A stretch of DNA of 63,937 nucleotides, counting the filler, from Hausera hauseri (lineage: Eukaryota): NCBI GenBank assembly GCA_046269625.1. It is 13 parts of 13 records of this genome, joined end to end, with 100 filler letters (N's around TTAATTAATTAA, not from the genome) between each part and the next. Parts side by side here need not be neighbours in the genome. Positions count along the whole stretch, not along the records: positions 1 to 4,955 come from JBJURY010379925.1; positions 5,056 to 9,951 come from JBJURY010400146.1; positions 10,052 to 14,778 come from JBJURY010459356.1; 10 more parts are not named here. One strand, written 5' to 3'. This document shows positions 1 to 13,081 of the stretch, in pieces. The position numbers and the translations under genes are program-made. The notes below the pieces were generated by a model. That model had not been told where the DNA came from. It saw nothing but the letters and a program-made list of their open reading frames with translations, and made no database searches. The stretch's first letter is position 1. Each line of letters opens with the position of its first letter.

Positions 1-563
1 TCTAAACGAAACAAATGTATAGATATCTCATGGAACAAAAATGTACTAAACGAAACAATTTCTACGCAACGTTATCTTCAAGTAATAAATAATGTGTTCG
101 GTCCAGTAAGTTTGGGCATGTGCCTTCCCTTAGGTAACGGGTCAGAGCATAGAGCATAAGGCGATTAGCCTTGCGTTGCCCGACCGTTTGATCGCGCCAA
201 GCTCGTAAGGTCCAGGCCCCTGTTTAGTCCTCTTCGGCAGCCAGATTTAAAGGGCCACCGTCACTGCATATCGAATCAATTTCATAAGTCTCCCTGTCGT
301 GCGAGCACTCAAAAGTATCGTATAACAGTATACGAACTAGAAAATAGACTAGCAAATTTCACATTCGAACTGTCGTGGTGATGAATTCTGTGTTTTTCTA
401 GCAGATCTCTCTCACTCTATTCCATGTCAGACACATACCCCATATCATGACCAGATGAAAGTTTTTTTTCCTTGAAGATGGCAGAAAAAGCTGTTTTGCT
501 AAACATGTAAAAGATTAAATAAATTTATTGTATATGAAAAAAAAAGCAGAAGATACAGTTAAA

Positions 564-615
564 ATGGAATTAGATGAACATCATTCTCCATGGAATTAGA
601 TGAACATTATTCTCC
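564..615 (+). repeat. 26-bp tandem duplication
   Basis: atggaattagatgaacatcattctcc followed directly by atggaattagatgaacattattctcc (1 mismatch). Confidence 0.9.
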
Positions 616-949
616 ATTTCCTATCTTGCGTTCTGAAACAATAGCTAAAAATGTGTTCTCTGCAGGAAGCTCATGCGACAATCAGTGATGAAAAACAAAA
701 GGAATTCACTGGCACGAAAACGGACTGCAAAACCAATAACAAGGACATGTTTCCGGAAAGTTCGATCTATAAGCAAATCTTACAGTGTATTCTGGCCTCA
801 GTAACCAAGAAACTCATTTCCCGCAGCGGAAATGAAGATGTATACACTGCTTTTAAAAACGACGATGGAGATAGATTGGATATATTACCAGGAAAGATCC
901 AGATGCGCTGGACACGAAAGGGAAAGAGACAAATGAAGAACGAAGACAA

Positions 950-1350
950 CATGACGTTGAACAGTTTGTTTGTTTTGTTTCGCGTTCGGACAGGTCCACT
1001 TCGCAATTTGCGTTTTCCTTCCCGTGACAGCACGCGGGTACTAGGCAAATCAGGAAGCTTATCCTCGTGGGTCCGATTTTGAGTGCACCCTTCAGCTGGG
1101 GCTCCACATTTTCTGCTTTGCCTTTAGTGCTTAAAGTCCCGTGCAGCCGTCTTCGGCACAGTCTAGGCTTTACTAATTGAACCACTATAGGGACAATCAG
1201 TAGGAACGGCCGATCGAGTGCAGGAAGAGGCGGCAGAGCCCTGTCTGTTTAAACGGGGAGCGCCGAGAGATCCGTCGGACTCCGTTAAGTTAGTGTTACC
1301 TTGGCTGACTCACCTAGCACTGTCAGCCCTTTCACCCCGTTGAACAGTGA
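950..1350 (-). mobile_element. Possible 5' UTR/N-terminus of a non-LTR (RTE-like) retrotransposon
   Basis: GC-rich island in AT-rich DNA. The minus strand ends in a basic peptide (RKLRSGPVRTRNKTNKLFNV) like those preceding the endonuclease in RTE ORFs. No catalytic motif is visible. Confidence 0.3.
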
Positions 1351-1844
1351 AAGCAAGTGTGGACAGTCTACAGTACAGCCGGGCCACTATTCAGAAACTG
1401 GCTGACAATTTAGAGAAGTCAAAGCATTTTGTTGCTGCTCTATGCGAGGCCACCGTGCGTGCTGGATACACACCCAACGTACTTCTCATAAAGTTTATCA
1501 TCACGTATGGCTTGTCATGAAGTTTGTCATAAACATTTAAGGGAGTCTTCTCTTTCATTGTGTATTTGACAACACTCTTTTGTTCTAACATCGTCAACAT
1601 CTTTCGTTTGTTGAAGACTATCACACCAGTCATCATCAACACTCTGTTTCTTGCGCCTGATCTCAAGTTCCTCTTGATTTATTCTTAAGCCTTGTTGTCA
1701 AACCGTCTAAGTTTCCTGTGTCTTCCTTTGACTTTCTTCCATAACCTTTGTCTGCTGTTATAATGTGGTTCATGTTCACTCCCTCATCTTCTTGTTCTTG
1801 TTTCATCTCCACATCACTGAACATCAGCTCTTCTGGATGAGCCC

Positions 1845-2030
1845 TGATAAGGGATGTTGCAGTCTTAAGAAGGATTATAAAGGAGGGTAGCTGAGCTTTC
1901 CTGCTATCCCGATGGTGTCTAGGAGGTGGACAAAGGTCCTCAAGGCTTTAATACAATGCGTGACCTCCTAGACGTTGTCAACTACTCAACTGGGGACCAT
2001 CCCGAGCCTCCGCCCGTTAGCCGGCATTTT
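1845..2030. repeat. Interspersed repeat, copy 1 (also at 50533-50720)
   Basis: Aligns by eye with 50533-50720: aagaagga.tata.aggagggtag.tgagctttcct ... ggtcctc.agg ... cctcctaga ... actcaactggg.ac.atccc.agcctc.gcccgttag. Confidence 0.8.
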
Positions 2031-2529
2031 CTATCATTTTCTATCCGTAATTAACTTTAAGTCAATAGTATTGGTATAATAAAGCTCTGCAGAACCTAAT
2101 TTTTGTTGTCAACGACGAACTGCAAAAGTTGGTTTTTTTTTTTTTTTTTATTAATTTTACGAAATGTTGATTTAGCTTGATTCTGATAATTACCTGATGA
2201 CTGATGGTCGGCCAAGCCTTCTTTAGTTTGCAGGCCACCGTGACATGGGCAAGGGAATTGAAATTTACCAGCCAGCGAACAAAGAATTCTTCAGAAGAGT
2301 GATGGAACATTTCTAGGAGTCAAAGCACTACACCCTCACCTGGAGGACCTCCGACAATGCTTCTATAATACGGCATGGATGGCAGAAAGTTGTATCCCCA
2401 ACCCAATAGAGGAGGACAAAAACAGCCCTCCTCAGGGCTCAATGATAGGAGCTAATGACTCGGTGATATGATAATCCCAAAAAACAGCATTCTCGTTAAA
2501 TTTACAATGACAGTGTTAATAACAAGCCA

Positions 2530-3060
2530 ACTAATAACAGCATTGCATTTAGTGCGCTCGTCTGGCGATCTTGTGGTTGTGGCTTCAATCCCAGCTGTGG
2601 GCATTGGATTTTTTTTCGACCGAAATGGCTCCAGGGGCCCCACCCAGTCTCAAAAATGGGTACATAAGAAATGCTCTGGGAAAGTAGGGGCGGCCTGGCG
2701 TTATGCTGACAACATATATGATAGCAACTGAATGATGTATTAAACTCAGGATATGCTTATTATTATTGTATTGTTGGTCTTCCTAACTAGGTTATTATTT
2801 GTCATTGATATTTGTATACATACGAATCTCTTCTTGTCATGTAACCAATTACGTGTGGATGTGTGAGATGTTGAAAGAGTGTAAGACTGGAAGCACAGAA
2901 TGTAAGACGGGTCTGCGTGCCCAATTCTCAACCCCTTGAAATGAAAGTTTCTTATTATTATTATTATCCCATCATGTGCCGATGTCATGGAAAAATGTGG
3001 ACACTAACTCTACATTTCCCTATTCGCCTTATGTAGGCGTGTAGTGGACTTTACTTTTTA
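2530..3060 (+). mobile_element. tRNA-derived SINE with Nin/Deu-like central domain, interrupted by an insertion
   Basis: Decayed tRNA-like head (ttcaatcccagc), core ggccccacccagtctcaaaaatgggtac, 3' part catgtgccgatgtc...tggacactaactc...gactttac. Collinear with the inverted copy at 3755-4030. Confidence 0.75.
2718..2965 (+). mobile_element. 5'-truncated retroposon 3' end with (TTA)n tail nested in the SINE
   Basis: This segment is absent from the second SINE copy and ends in ttattattattatt. Confidence 0.55.
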
Positions 3061-3221
3061 CGTACAACTAATAACATCAATAACCATAACAGTCATAACA
3101 GTCATAATCATAGATTTACTCGTAATCGAGCACAACTTCAAAACAACATAAATAATTCCTCTGACAATTTCACACTTATCATAACATGGTCGTTTGTTGT
3201 TATTTTTATCGCCCAGCCAGA

Positions 3222-3517
3222 TGTACGACAGATTATCGTGACATTACCGGATGTCGCATCTGACATTACAACAATAACGCCAGGACGTTTAACTCCAGAA
3301 AATTGGTGCCGTCAAAAGTCAGCATTTAGCCGCTGAACTCTGGGGTATAAAACTGATGCGTGCAGCAGCTAGTCTGTCAGACTTCGTGGAAAGTTGCTGT
3401 AAACAGGTACACACTGACACTGAGAACACATTTACTATAAATATATCCTGCATGCTTGTTAGTTTTCTCATGTCTTAATATTAATGTTTGCATTGATCTT
3501 TCAAATGAAACTCTACA
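3222..3517 (+). mobile_element. Possible solo LTR
   Basis: TG...CA ends (tgtacgac...ctctaca) and an internal ggggtataaaa TATA-like motif. No clear target-site duplication. Confidence 0.3.
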
Positions 3518-3754
3518 TGTCGTCAGCTGTAGGGTGATTCGCTCGCATGTAAGATATTAATATTCACAACTCTACGGAATCGCACCACTGGTAGAGTCTG
3601 ATTCATTTACAGAATGGCTTAGATAGATTATTAACTGGAAATGTGAGATTGCCCAGAGTTCGAGCAAGGCTGAACTATAACAGAGCTTTATAGAAACTCT
3701 GAGAATCTTTTGTTAAGATGATATAATTGTTTAAAATCTCAGTAGTAAATACGT

Positions 3755-4030
3755 ATATAAAGTCTATTTCACGCCTCAAGGCAGGCAGATAGGGAAATAT
3801 GGAGTTAGTGTCCACATTTGTCTTGACATCGGCACATGGTCTGGGTTATGTTGTCAACATTACGTCAGGATGTGTTTACTTTCCGATAAAATTTCTCGGA
3901 TACCCATGTTTGAGGCTGGGTTGGCCTCTGAAGCTGTTTCGGTCGAAAACAAAATCCAATGCCCACAGCTGAGATTGAACACACAACCATACGATCGGTA
4001 AACGAACACACTAACCACTACGCCACCGCG
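3755..4030 (-). mobile_element. tRNA-derived SINE, second copy (uninterrupted)
   Basis: The reverse complement starts cgcggtggcgtagtggttag (A box), has a gttcaatct B-box remnant, then acccagcctcaaacatgggta and the same 3' tail as 2530-3060. Confidence 0.8.
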
Positions 4031-4045
4031 CCTCTCTCTCTCTCA

Positions 4046-4930
4046 TGTAAGCTATTAATATTCACAATTGTACGGAAACTGGTACAGTCCGTTAAGGCAG
4101 CGGCACCAGAAAAGCATGATAAACATCTTCGAGAAGCGCATGGAGTACAGCGTCGACCTTTACACGTGTTTCATTGATTACACCAAGGCTTTTGACTGTG
4201 TGCAGTATAACAGGTTATGGAACATCATGAGAGACATGGGGTTTCCATCACACATAGAACACATAATTGAATCACTGTATCAAGAACAACAAGCAGCTGT
4301 AAGTATATCGGGAGAAACACCCGAATGGTTTGAGATTCTAAAAGGAGTCAGGCAAGGATGTATACTCTCCCAGTATCTGTTCAACATCTATGCCCAAAAT
4401 ATAATTCAGATACGCGGGTGATACAGTCATACTGTCAAATAGTCCTGAAGGTCTGGAACAACTGATACTGGCGGTTAAAAAAACACAGCGAAGAACAGAA
4501 CCTCTTCTTGAACACAAATAAAACAAAAATAATAACTGACAAAAGTAGTCGCCAACACCAAAATCATCATAGACAATGAAGAAATAGAGAATGCTACAAA
4601 TTCTGAATATCTGGGATCCACAATACACAACATTGGAGACTGTTCAAGGGAAGGAGATTAACCATAGCAATGCAGAGATTAACTAGTATGAAGAACCTAT
4701 GGCACAACACCATCAACCCATCAAAATAAAACTTCTAAGAACACGTATTTTTCATCTGGCGACCTATGAGAGTGAATCATGGACCATCACACAAGCAATA
4801 AAGAAAAAGTTAAATGCATTCGAGTTAAGGTGTTACAGAAAATTCCCAAGAATATCATGGACTAAAAAGATAAAAAAAAAAACATAGATATACTCCAAGA
4901 ACATTAACAGAATTATGTCTCGAAAACTGA
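4046..4930 (+). pseudogene. RTE-clade (BovB-like) LINE reverse transcriptase fragment, decayed
   Basis: Motifs CFIDYTKAFDCV, KGVRQGCILSQYLFNIY, RYAGDTV (from YADD) and TYESESWT...LNAFELRCYRK. Frameshifts and an internal deletion. Confidence 0.92.
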
Positions 4931-4955
4931 ACCAGGTGTAATGGCAGCTAATTGC

Positions 4956-5055
4956 NNNNNNNNNNNNNNNNNNNNNNNNNNNNNNNNNNNNNNNNNNNNT
5001 TAATTAATTAANNNNNNNNNNNNNNNNNNNNNNNNNNNNNNNNNNNNNNNNNNNN
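4956..5055. other. Artificial contig-joining spacer (N44-TTAATTAATTAA-N44), first of 12
   Basis: Identical 100-bp spacer with stops in all six frames at 4956, 9952, 14779, 19425, 23724, 29669, 34057, 38357, 43844, 50433, 55208 and 59838. Plain N gaps also occur at about 29069-29329, 35588-35597, 38959-38968 and 61349-61358. Confidence 0.98.
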
Positions 5056-6130
5056 GACTTACTGCTCGAAAGAATTTCCGATGAACGACTTTAAAAAAGA
5101 AGTGTTACTAGGAAAATGATAACGCCGTGGGTCAGAGATATTGCAAATGAGCTTGGCCATTCAACTGTAAAGCATCAGTTGGGTGGTTGGATAAATTTCT
5201 TAAAAGAAATGACCTAACCATGAGACAAGAAAACAGAATATGCTGTCTTAGTGACGAAGAAGTGATTAGAACAGGATTATGCTTCGTAAATCATGTTAAA
5301 AAGGTTATTAAAGATTATGGCATTTTGGCAGAAATATTTATAATTTTGATGAAACGGCCATATTCATTGAACATGATTAGTTTAAAACAATCGAGCATTT
5401 TGGCTCAAAAATGGTTCCTGTTGTTGCGGCTGGACTATGCAGGTTGAGATTTACCAGAATTTTTGCTGCATCAGCAGCTGGTACAAAGCTTTTGCCAACG
5501 GTTATTTTTAAAGGAAAGGCAGAGTCTATTTGCATCAAAGATGGTGTTATCCACCTCACAGCTTTAAAGTCGTTGGTTAGTACAAAAGTTTTTAAGATGT
5601 GGATCGACTGTGTATTTCCTGCTGTTACAATACGGCCTAATGAAACACTTATTGTCTTTGGCAGTGCTAGAAGCCATCTTTCAAATGAAGCAAAAGAACA
5701 TTTACAAAAACGGTACATTTTATTTTGTGTTAATCCAGGCGGTTTGACGAGTCTTCTTCAACTAGCAGATATGTTTTAATTCAAATCTTTAAAGATGTGC
5801 TCGCGTTCTCAAACATCACAATGGTTCCAACCTGATGCTTGTGAGCGTACTAGATCTAGCAGAATTAAATCACCATCATATGAAATAATTTCAAAATGGG
5901 TCAGTACTGCTTGGAACGCACTCGATCATATCATTATAAAGGGCTTTAATGAATGCTTTTTAAATAGGCCAAGTAATTTACTCATTGCGAAAGATGCAGA
6001 GTTTGGTGCTAAGTTCATAGAAGAATGTTCCCATCTAAATCACGAGGTTTTTGATGAAATTCATGGTGATGAGTATGCAGAATCAGGATTTTCAAAAATT
6101 GATGAAAAAATTTCGATTTATGTATTCTAA
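5056..6130 (+). pseudogene. pogo/Tigger (CENP-B HTH + DDE_1) transposase remnant
   Basis: KASVGWLDKFLKRNDL (HTH), NFDETA, ASAAGTKLLPTVIFKGK, PGGLTSLLQLAD and KWVSTAW, spread over several frames with stops. Confidence 0.88.
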
Positions 6131-8485
6131 AAATGTATTCTAATAGTCCGCCATGCTCCAATTTTTCATATATTTTAAAAAAATTGATAAGCTCTGTGGT
6201 GCCGCGGGCTCGGGCACAACCACAATCCATTGCGGACAATTTCAGGTTTTATTCCTATTCAGCCTACGTTTATATCTACAATCAGTCTTATCCGTGCTCC
6301 AACACACAATATGTTAACAGATTACACTCATATTATTACTCCATTGTGCTATCTGGCTCAAATTCAAATTCATACTCCTGATGAATCAGTAAATTTTCTT
6401 ATACCGAATGTAAGTAGTAAAGTTCCCATTGTGTCCCAATTTACGAATACAATCCGAACATTAGAAGGTCAATTGGGATATATTAGATCAAAATGTGATA
6501 CTACCTCCGAGAATAGTGGAAAACTGTCAATCAAGTTCGATCTGAATTAATGGAATTTTATCGATATGTAATAGCGTATGACTCTTGATTACTTTGCTTA
6601 ATTTTGTCAACGGGCTATGGAGTTATTTAAAGTATGGTAAGAGGAAGAAGTTGCTATGAGTGACTCACTTCATTTAGCTCATGATTTAACAATTTTTTAT
6701 CGACCATTAGTTGATGAACCGATTGGATGGCAACCCATCCCGAATACTGGTTACCACCACCCAGTTCCAGAGATCCTCTGCTTTTGCCTAGAATTAATGA
6801 CTTTAGCCTTATATGTACATAAAACAAAAATTGTAAACATTGATTATGACGTTTTACTTTTTAATAATTTAAATTTTATTACATTTTAGATGCAAGTGTC
6901 AACTATGTTAATTATTTCTTGTAATTAACTTTGTTCATTAGTGAGGAAAGAACACTGTCAGTTTGAGATACACTGGCTAACATTTACTGATCATGGGTAA
7001 TAGGTATACATATTTTAAGAATAATGTGTATAAAACTTGAATGAATTTCAACAAATGGTATCCTTTTATGGATAAACCAAGAACGAGATGTATTCTCTGA
7101 TACAAAATATGTAGTATTCAGTAATTGAAATTAGAAATTTTATCATTAACTTCTGAAAACTCTGAGGGAAAAATACTATTCTTAAAATGAATTTCAACAA
7201 CACGATATTTTTCCGAATATTTATTCCATCCAATAAACCAATAAGATAAACACCGAATAACAAATAAAACAAGAATAAAGTTTACCCACAATTAATCCAA
7301 ATGAAACCCAAAATTTTATAACTTAACTAGCCCGTTAGGAGCTGTATAAAAATTCGCTACTTGCCTTTTTCCTAAAAAGCAGTGCTACTTTAAGTCTCTC
7401 GAACAAAGTCCGGAGAAAAAATGTTCAAGTTAACTGAAATTACTGCTAGTTTATATAATTGAAATTCACGCGACCTAGCCAAATTAAACCAATTAAAATG
7501 TAGGCTATGCGTGATTTAGAGAATGTGTGTGAAATAGTAGATTAAAACAATTACTAACTAAAACTAAGTACCTGATTCCGTTACTGCTCTAATTTATTAT
7601 TCTTCATACATTTATTAATTTTATAAATTATATTTACAAAAATTCTGCAGAATGATCTTAATAAATTTTATCATTACTAATTTACTAATTTACTAACACA
7701 TAGGTTATGAGTATACGGTTTTCAAATTTAATTCGAATATTAGCTCAAATCTAGCTGTTGGAAAAATTGTTGTGATTAACTATGCTTCCATTAGTTTTTT
7801 AATCGATATTTGGATGACTGCTTTTTGAAAATGTAATTACTAACAAAAAAATTATCATTGCAGTGACCACCTTCCAATCGTAAAAATATTTATGTACGTG
7901 GATAATATCATCAGGACTTCATACCTACAATCAAACAATGCGGAGGATGAAAATTTATGGAACAAAAGGACAATAAATATTTCACGGATTCCCGAAATGA
8001 AATAATTTTATGTTTCGAAATAATAAGTTGCGTTATAAGTCATATTTTCTTGCACATTTTGTGAAAAATATATTTTCCACCGCTTCAATGCAATATTGAT
8101 ATTTTGGTGATGTATTTGTCGTATGGAACACACACCGTGTACCTTTTTAATTGTTACATTCAAGGTTTTGTTTGTTTTAAATTACTAATTTAGTCACTTC
8201 ATATCACATGGAATATCAGTAATATAATATACATAAAATAGACAAAATAATAGGCAATTTATTGCACTTTATATTACATAGGGTAATAACTTATTAAATA
8301 AGTAATTCTAAACAAACAAAATCCCCGAAAATAACACCTAAAATTTACACACTGTATGTATGTTGCTTTGATCCTATTTCTAATGCAAAATATTTTAAAA
8401 ATGTCGTGTACGTGTGTGTATCATATTCTAACTATATACATCAAAAATTAAGCAAAATTTGTATTACGTTATGGTTTTCTTGCCA

Positions 8486-9010
8486 AGAATCCTTTAAATA
8501 TTTTTGACAACTTCCTGGCTTCATCATTGATTAAACGAATTTCCTGAAATTAGATGCGCAACTTTGATGATATTATTTACGTACATGAATATTTTCACAA
8601 TTTGAAGTTTCCTTGTAAGAGTACGTAACTAAATTGACATATCAGATTTGAATTAAAGATACCATCATATAAAAATATGGAAATAGTCAAAATCATCCGA
8701 ATTTTACAATTTCTATTAACCAGAATGGATCAGTGAAATCAACAAAAAATAAGGATTGTGTTATAAAAAAGAAAAATACAAATTGGCTACTTTTTGAAAA
8801 ACTTTGGTCTTGCTTACCTTGGCCAAATTGTCCCGATTTTCCAAAGTGAATGATTTCTTGTCCTTGAACTGTTTTCATAGATAAAATCTTTTGAGTTGAT
8901 GTAGAAATCCTTCTATTTCGAGCAAAAATTCTTAGCTTTTCGTAGAATGGAAAACAGTCTGGAATGTTATAATCGTAAACTGTTGATTCCATCATTAGTA
9001 GCTGAGATGC
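8486..9010 (-). CDS. Candidate multi-exon host gene of unknown function (possibly a pseudogene)
   Basis: The ORF at 8693-8995 has a strong donor (CAAG|GTAAGC) near 8818, followed by short GT..AG intron-like segments of about 34-41 nt. The frame cannot be joined cleanly. Confidence 0.3.
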
Positions 9011-11459
9011 TAGAAATAAATTGTAGATAAATGCTAGAAATTGAAAATTATTTGTATACTTGTGTAATTTATTAATAAGTAACGGTGTGAGTAAATTTGA
9101 TCATTTTATTGAAATCGACAAATAAAAAGAAGACATTTCGTTCAAAACGACTTAAAACAATACAGTTTAGTTTTTGTGACAATTGACAGAATTTTCACAA
9201 CGATTCTCTTTAAGATCCACTACATTTCTTTACTGTAAAACGATTGCGCAGGTTAAATGATTGGTGCTAAAGTTATTTTCGTTGGAACATATGGCTTACA
9301 ATTTTGCTTTTCGGATTTTTTATACGTATTTTAAATTTATGCAATCCTTAATATTTACATTAGATTTAATATTACTAACAACTGAAATCTGTTTTATCTT
9401 GTAAGATTTTGTACGTATTGTAATATTTGCCTTATGTTCCCAAATATCAATTATATTAAATTCAAATATTTTATTATGAAATCATAAATTAATTGTAATA
9501 GAGAACACTTTATCTGAATACGCAGTTTCAGAGTTGATATCGATAAATATTGATTGTAGAACCTCGTGAATTTATCGACATTTTGATTGATTATGCAGTA
9601 TGTCACCTAATCGGTGCTCATATGGGTAACTTTAATCATACTTAATAAAACAAGAGTTAATTAAATGTTAATTTTATTTATTATCTCCGAACCTCATTTA
9701 TATACTAGGAGCTATAAAACCAGAATATTGATTTTATTTAAATTATTTAAAATTAATGAAAGCAGGCTAAATGTTGTAACTCCTTTTATGAATAATATAT
9801 AGTGCATTTTACATTTATTAAATTACCTTTATAAATCAAATGGTTATCAATGAATTATTTTTTACTTCTAGCTAGATCATACTCAAATAAATATATTTTC
9901 TGAAGTTAGTGGCTTAAATAATCGAGATATTAAATAAATCAAACTATATTCNNNNNNNNNNNNNNNNNNNNNNNNNNNNNNNNNNNNNNNNNNNNTTAAT
10001 TAATTAANNNNNNNNNNNNNNNNNNNNNNNNNNNNNNNNNNNNNNNNNNNNCTATTAGTCAATAAATATCCTGTTCACGTAATTACTTGTAAAATTATGC
10101 AGTGATAACTAAAGCCGATTCGCCCTATTTGTATTTATCATGCTTTAAGCGATATATAACCATTAAGCTACAAAATATTCATCTCTAGTGTCAATTTTTT
10201 GTTATTTCTCCATAGCAACGGAATTATAATTTTAATCAAAACAAATTAAAATTTTCAAATTTTTGTAGAAATTAGAAGCTAATGCGAATAGGGCCCAGAA
10301 TGATTCTTTGATTTTTAGTTTAAAAATCTCTTGATTACTACAGGTTTATGAACACGTGGCACTCAAGTGAAAGCTTCACGCAAATCCAAATAATATTGTT
10401 ATTGAGAAAGTTGGTCATATAGCTCTGATGACATAATTGTGCTCTGCACAGGCATTTGGAGTACGTTGTCATCACTATTAAAGTCTTCTTTTGAAATGTG
10501 TTTTTGATCCAGCGGTATTTCGAAAACCTTGTGGAGACATCGCCAAATTTGTAGTCGGTTTAGAGATAATTCCATCTATACCGTAAATTCGGTCTGCAAC
10601 TTCGCATAACGAATTCTTTTCATAGAAATTTGCTGCAAATTGAAAGAAATCACCAATCGCATTATTAACTAGATTTGATGTCCTTTCAGTAATTATCTCT
10701 TGCAAAATAACAATATCAAAATCCAAAATTGCCAATTCGTCAGCATTGTGAATTACTATTGTAAATGTAAATATTATTCTAATAGAAATCGTTTGAATAA
10801 GAAAACGGAAAATTGTGAACTGAACAAATATCGAAGAAGTTTTACGAAATTGAATTTAATCGAAAACAAATATTGTACTGCAAGGTCAGAAGTTTACAAG
10901 CGAGAAATCACTCGACGACTTTAGAGCCGTTCGAATCAGAGAAATTTTCAAACTATCAATTTCAGTTATCTAATTTGAGTATACCTACGGTGATCATTGA
11001 AATTTTTGTGAAGAGTGTACGGAATAAATGGTGTTATTGTTTTCTAAAATCCCTATATAGTTTCTCATCGTCCCTTAAGGACGATTTGACTACCGTAAGT
11101 CTAAAATCTACTGTAAAATCTCAAAGTTAAGTCGAGAGAATATAACTTAAGACACGCAGTTTTCCTTGCAAGCAATACCCGTATCAGCATATAACTTATA
11201 AGGCACAAGCAGATTACTCGAGAACCTGCTGAAAAGCCATCTAACTTGAATTTAAATATTGTTATAGTGGGAAACTGTAAGCTGCCCCCCCCCCAGAACT
11301 GTAACACCAATATTTATTTTAACCAAATGAGTCAAAATGATTTCAAAAATAAAAAAAATAACAATCGAAACGAGTCAGTCACTAAAAATGTCTGCAATCG
11401 AATTACCTCAGAAATATGAATTGGAAAAACAGATATATCCAATTACAAAAACGTCAATG

Positions 11460-11482
11460 CACACACACACACACACACACAC
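11460..11482 (+). repeat. (CA)n microsatellite
   Basis: Direct reading. Confidence 0.95.
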
Positions 11483-11557
11483 AAACAGAATTGACACATG
11501 AATTATCAACTGTACTGTAATAACGATGAAATGATCCAATATCAGCAATTCGGAAAG

Positions 11558-11869
11558 TTAGGTAATTGTTAAAATAAACGTCTCAAATTTATCCTGCACC
11601 AACTCTGTCTCATCTACTGGAACCGTTTCCTTTTGATCTTTCAAATGACAAAACGAGCGGCAATAAATCATATTTTCAATTGGCTGATATGCTAAAATCT
11701 TAAACATCTTATCTAACGACTCACAAGTACGTTTGGCTTCCTCAATGCATGCACAAAAAGGCATGAAAAATACTTCCAGAATAGCCACAAAGAATGCCAA
11801 CGGCCACGTAAATAAAATCCAAACGAAAAACCATAAAATCGACCAGAATACATCTGGACATTTGCACAT
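11558..11869 (-). CDS. Small (103 aa) Cys-containing membrane protein, caveolin-like hairpin architecture
   Basis: Intact ORF from ATG 11869: MCKCPDVFWSILWFFVWILFTWPLAFFVAILEVFFMPFCACIEEAK... It has a long hydrophobic stretch broken by WP and PF, followed by an amphipathic helix. It resembles an uncharacterised invertebrate family; no search was run. Confidence 0.7.
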   Translation of the reverse strand: MCKCPDVFWSILWFFVWILFTWPLAFFVAILEVFFMPFCACIEEAKRTCESLDKMFKILAYQPIENMIYCRSFCHLKDQKETVPVDETELVQDKFETFILTIT

Positions 11870-13081
11870 CTCAATTCGTTTAACTGATACAGTTCCCTTT
11901 ATACAGATAATGAGAAGCAGTCTAACATCCAATCACACTGATATCGGTATTGATCAAAATTATTGACTGCTCAATGAATTCGTCTGTGTTCACGACGTGT
12001 TTGTATGCGTACGTTGTGCATGGAACAAATAACCATTTTTTACATACATTAAAAATGCATAAAGACTGCATGCTAACCAAATTCTAAGTAATCCAACAGT
12101 AATCCAACAGTGTTTTGGTTTCTTTGCTGTAAGGTATTACACTGCATTTAATTCATTTCACAAGAAAATTTACCGTAATTTAATACCTTATTTAGTGAAA
12201 ATCACAGAATCCATATAAAATATCAAAACACCAACATACAATGGTTCATATTTGAATTTATCGATTATGTTATTGAGTCATTGTTATTGGTATTGGACTT
12301 GTTACACTGCCAGAATTTCATGACATGTGATTGTTGTTGTGTTACTGACAAAAAGTACTGTCATTTGTTCGTAACAATTGGTTAAATCAAAAATGTTGAT
12401 GTCAGTTGACATTAATTGATTTTTATGACCAATTAACTGGTAATGTTACATAAATTCATGAGTTATCTGTACAAATAGATTGATGATTTTTATTTATTTA
12501 AAGTGTTACTGGCCTTTTTAATTCATTGCTTTGTTGCTTATTATATTTTATTGTGTTGTTCAATGGCTATGGTGTTGGTAAGAAGTTGAAACACGTTTTT
12601 AAATTAATACAGTTTGTTTTAAGACGTACGGGTCATCTGTTTATTTAAAGACGAAATACCATTCGGAATAAGGAGTGTTGAAGCAACATTGAGAAATAAG
12701 AATTATATTATCCTGCAGTGTTATTGTTTTTTCTATGGTTTTCTGTGTTTCTGATTAATTTACAATACTCCTCCATCGAATCCTATTGTAGGCAGGTACG
12801 CAACTGAACCCACAAGGTTTCTGGTTTTGTCGGTCGACAAGCGCATATCATCAGGATCTCATCTGTCCACGTTTTACGTGATCATTCACGGGGTCTTCTG
12901 CGTTCGGGTTATATTAGGGTTTTCTCTTGATCACTTAACTCAGAAATTCTCGAATATGAGAATGGCAAGTATTCGTCGTAAAATATTAATTTCATATCGC
13001 GAAACCCGCATCCATACTAAAAGACAGACATGATCGAAATTTGGAAAGCACGTATCTTTAAGTGCTAAATTAGGTACTTAG

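Noticed and set aside
651-1082. 143-aa ORF as a real gene
   Set aside because: It has no recognisable motif and crosses a composition boundary near 960 into a different repeat.
3960-4030. Functional tRNA gene
   Set aside because: The stems are degenerate and the sequence continues into a SINE body shared with 2530-3060.
5000-5011. Recurring TTAATTAATTAA palindrome as a biological repeat or CRISPR-like array
   Set aside because: It is always centred in exactly 44+44 N and places stops in all six frames, so it is an assembly linker.
12815-12860. Hammerhead ribozyme on the minus strand (CTGATGA...GAAAC)
   Set aside because: The sequence between the core motifs does not form stem II, and the flanking stems are not evident.
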